A DNA stretch of 64,000 nucleotides from Ostrea edulis (Eukaryota). This document shows positions 63,861-64,000 of the stretch, piece after piece; the stretch's first letter is position 1; the number at the start of each line of letters is the position of its first letter. Under the pieces are notes generated by a model. The model was not told where the DNA came from. It was given only the letters and a program-made list of their open reading frames with translations, and did no database searches. The DNA lies in assembly GCF_947568905.1 (NCBI RefSeq), contig NC_079166.1, positions 46,314,001 through 46,378,000 of the forward strand. The letters run 5' to 3'. Made by a program: the position numbers and the translations under genes.

Positions 63861-64000
63861 GTATGCTATGGCCAGCTTGTACGGGGAAATAGTGTTAACA
63901 AAATTTCATTCACAAGCGAGAAATATATGTGAAAGTTTCATGATCGAGCACCCTTTTCTCATGAATATTTGTTGTTGCCAAACCAGCCATTTAGTTTATT

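Overview
AT-rich, intron-containing animal DNA. The repeat families suggest a bivalve such as an oyster (inference). All coordinates and counts were read by eye. (1) 574-10497: a diverged local duplication ending in a tRNA-Asp(GTC) gene. Copy 1 has the intact gene followed by a 186-bp foldback palindrome. In copy 2 the tRNA is cut right after the anticodon and joined to an L1/Tx1-type LINE fragment (ORF1 zinc knuckle plus APE endonuclease). A Penelope fragment with an inverted tail and a hammerhead-like motif lies between the copies. (2) 19914-33084: three small spliced paralogs, missed by the ORF track, with a LURAP1/FAM89-like N-terminal motif and conserved intron positions. (3) LINE 3' fragments, SINEs, a decayed Crypton tyrosine recombinase, TIR elements with target-site duplications, a Helentron-type element and minisatellites. 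(4) 40601-49136: a young, apparently intact Ty3/Gypsy element with 770-bp LTRs, a tRNA-Lys PBS, and gag/pol joined by a probable -1 frameshift at TTTAAAC. (5) A divergent paired-domain gene on the minus strand with 14 coding 9-aa repeats, head-to-head with an unidentified Lys-rich multi-exon gene that runs off the window. The most promising novel items are the candidate tRNA-Asp-anticodon-targeting LINE, the LURAP-like cluster and the divergent Pax gene.
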